Of a stretch of 64,000 nt of DNA, positions 63,598 to 64,000 are shown piece by piece. Every line of letters begins with the position of its first letter. Within the stretch, counting starts at the first letter, position 1. The position numbers and the translations under genes were made by a program. This DNA is from Vicugna vicugna. Lineage: Eukaryota. The notes under the pieces were generated by a model. The model worked only from the letters and a program-made list of their open reading frames with translations. It was not told where the DNA came from and did no database searches. The stretch is taken from the NCBI GenBank assembly GCA_013265495.1, contig MU057632.1, positions 542,054 through 606,053 of the forward strand. Reading direction: 5' to 3'.

Positions 63598-64000
63598 AAG
63601 TTAACTTTACCAATGAGGAAAGAGTCAGTAAAACTCTACATTTTGTCACAATAGTTTAAGTTCTGTGAACTTAAGTTTCATTAGAGGTGGAAAAGACCTC
63701 ACCACCACATACAAGGAAATAATTTTAGAACTCTCAACTCTTGCAGAAAACGGAGGGAACAACTGTGGGAGTGAGATTTCTTTCTGACAAGGGAAGAAAA
63801 ACCAAGGAGGAAGAAAAAAAGAATGCTTCTTGGGAGTTAGAGAACTGAGTAAGTGAGAAATACTCAGTGAGACAGAAAATGAAATAATAGAAAAGTCATT
63901 CTGGGAGCTGAAAAGCACTTAAGCCTTTAAAGAGTCCCTTCTAAGAGGGGGGATATATTTTGAATCCAAAGCTTGTCTGGTTCTAATGAAGTCGGTGAGC

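Noticed and set aside
1..64000. CRISPR arrays, operons or other prokaryotic-type systems; additional genes or processed pseudogenes with coding homology
   Set aside because: The sequence is mammalian. I saw no regularly spaced repeat-spacer array, and no ORF other than KCNQ5 exon 1 and LINE remnants resembled a known protein.

Overview
Mammalian genomic DNA, most likely a camelid (alpaca, llama or camel), inferred from about 12 copies of a tRNA-Ala(AGC)-derived Vic-1-type SINE and cetartiodactyl-type L1 3' ends. The only protein-coding sequence I can support is exon 1 of KCNQ5 (Kv7.5 M-channel subunit) on the minus strand: CDS 2178->1772, then a GTGAGT donor, inside a CpG island. Positions 1-1771 are the start of intron 1. 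About 60 kb upstream is intergenic and repeat-rich (L1 of several ages, Vic-1 SINEs, MIR, L2, CR1/L3, hAT MITEs, an ERV1 solo LTR, microsatellites). I found no new multi-gene system. The most interesting signal is the arrangement around the KCNQ5 start codons: uORF1 ends in a TGATG stop-start with uORF2, which overlaps M1 out of frame and stops 59 nt before the in-frame M39, with a pure (GCG)9 poly-Ala repeat in that spacer. Other items worth checking are a TSD-flanked retroposed L1/unique-sequence chimera, a miR-1302-like MER53 hairpin, an orphan CpG patch about 37 kb upstream and a 32-bp perfect palindrome. Repeat family names and comparisons with human KCNQ5 come from memory, not from database searches, and boundaries of old repeats are approximate.
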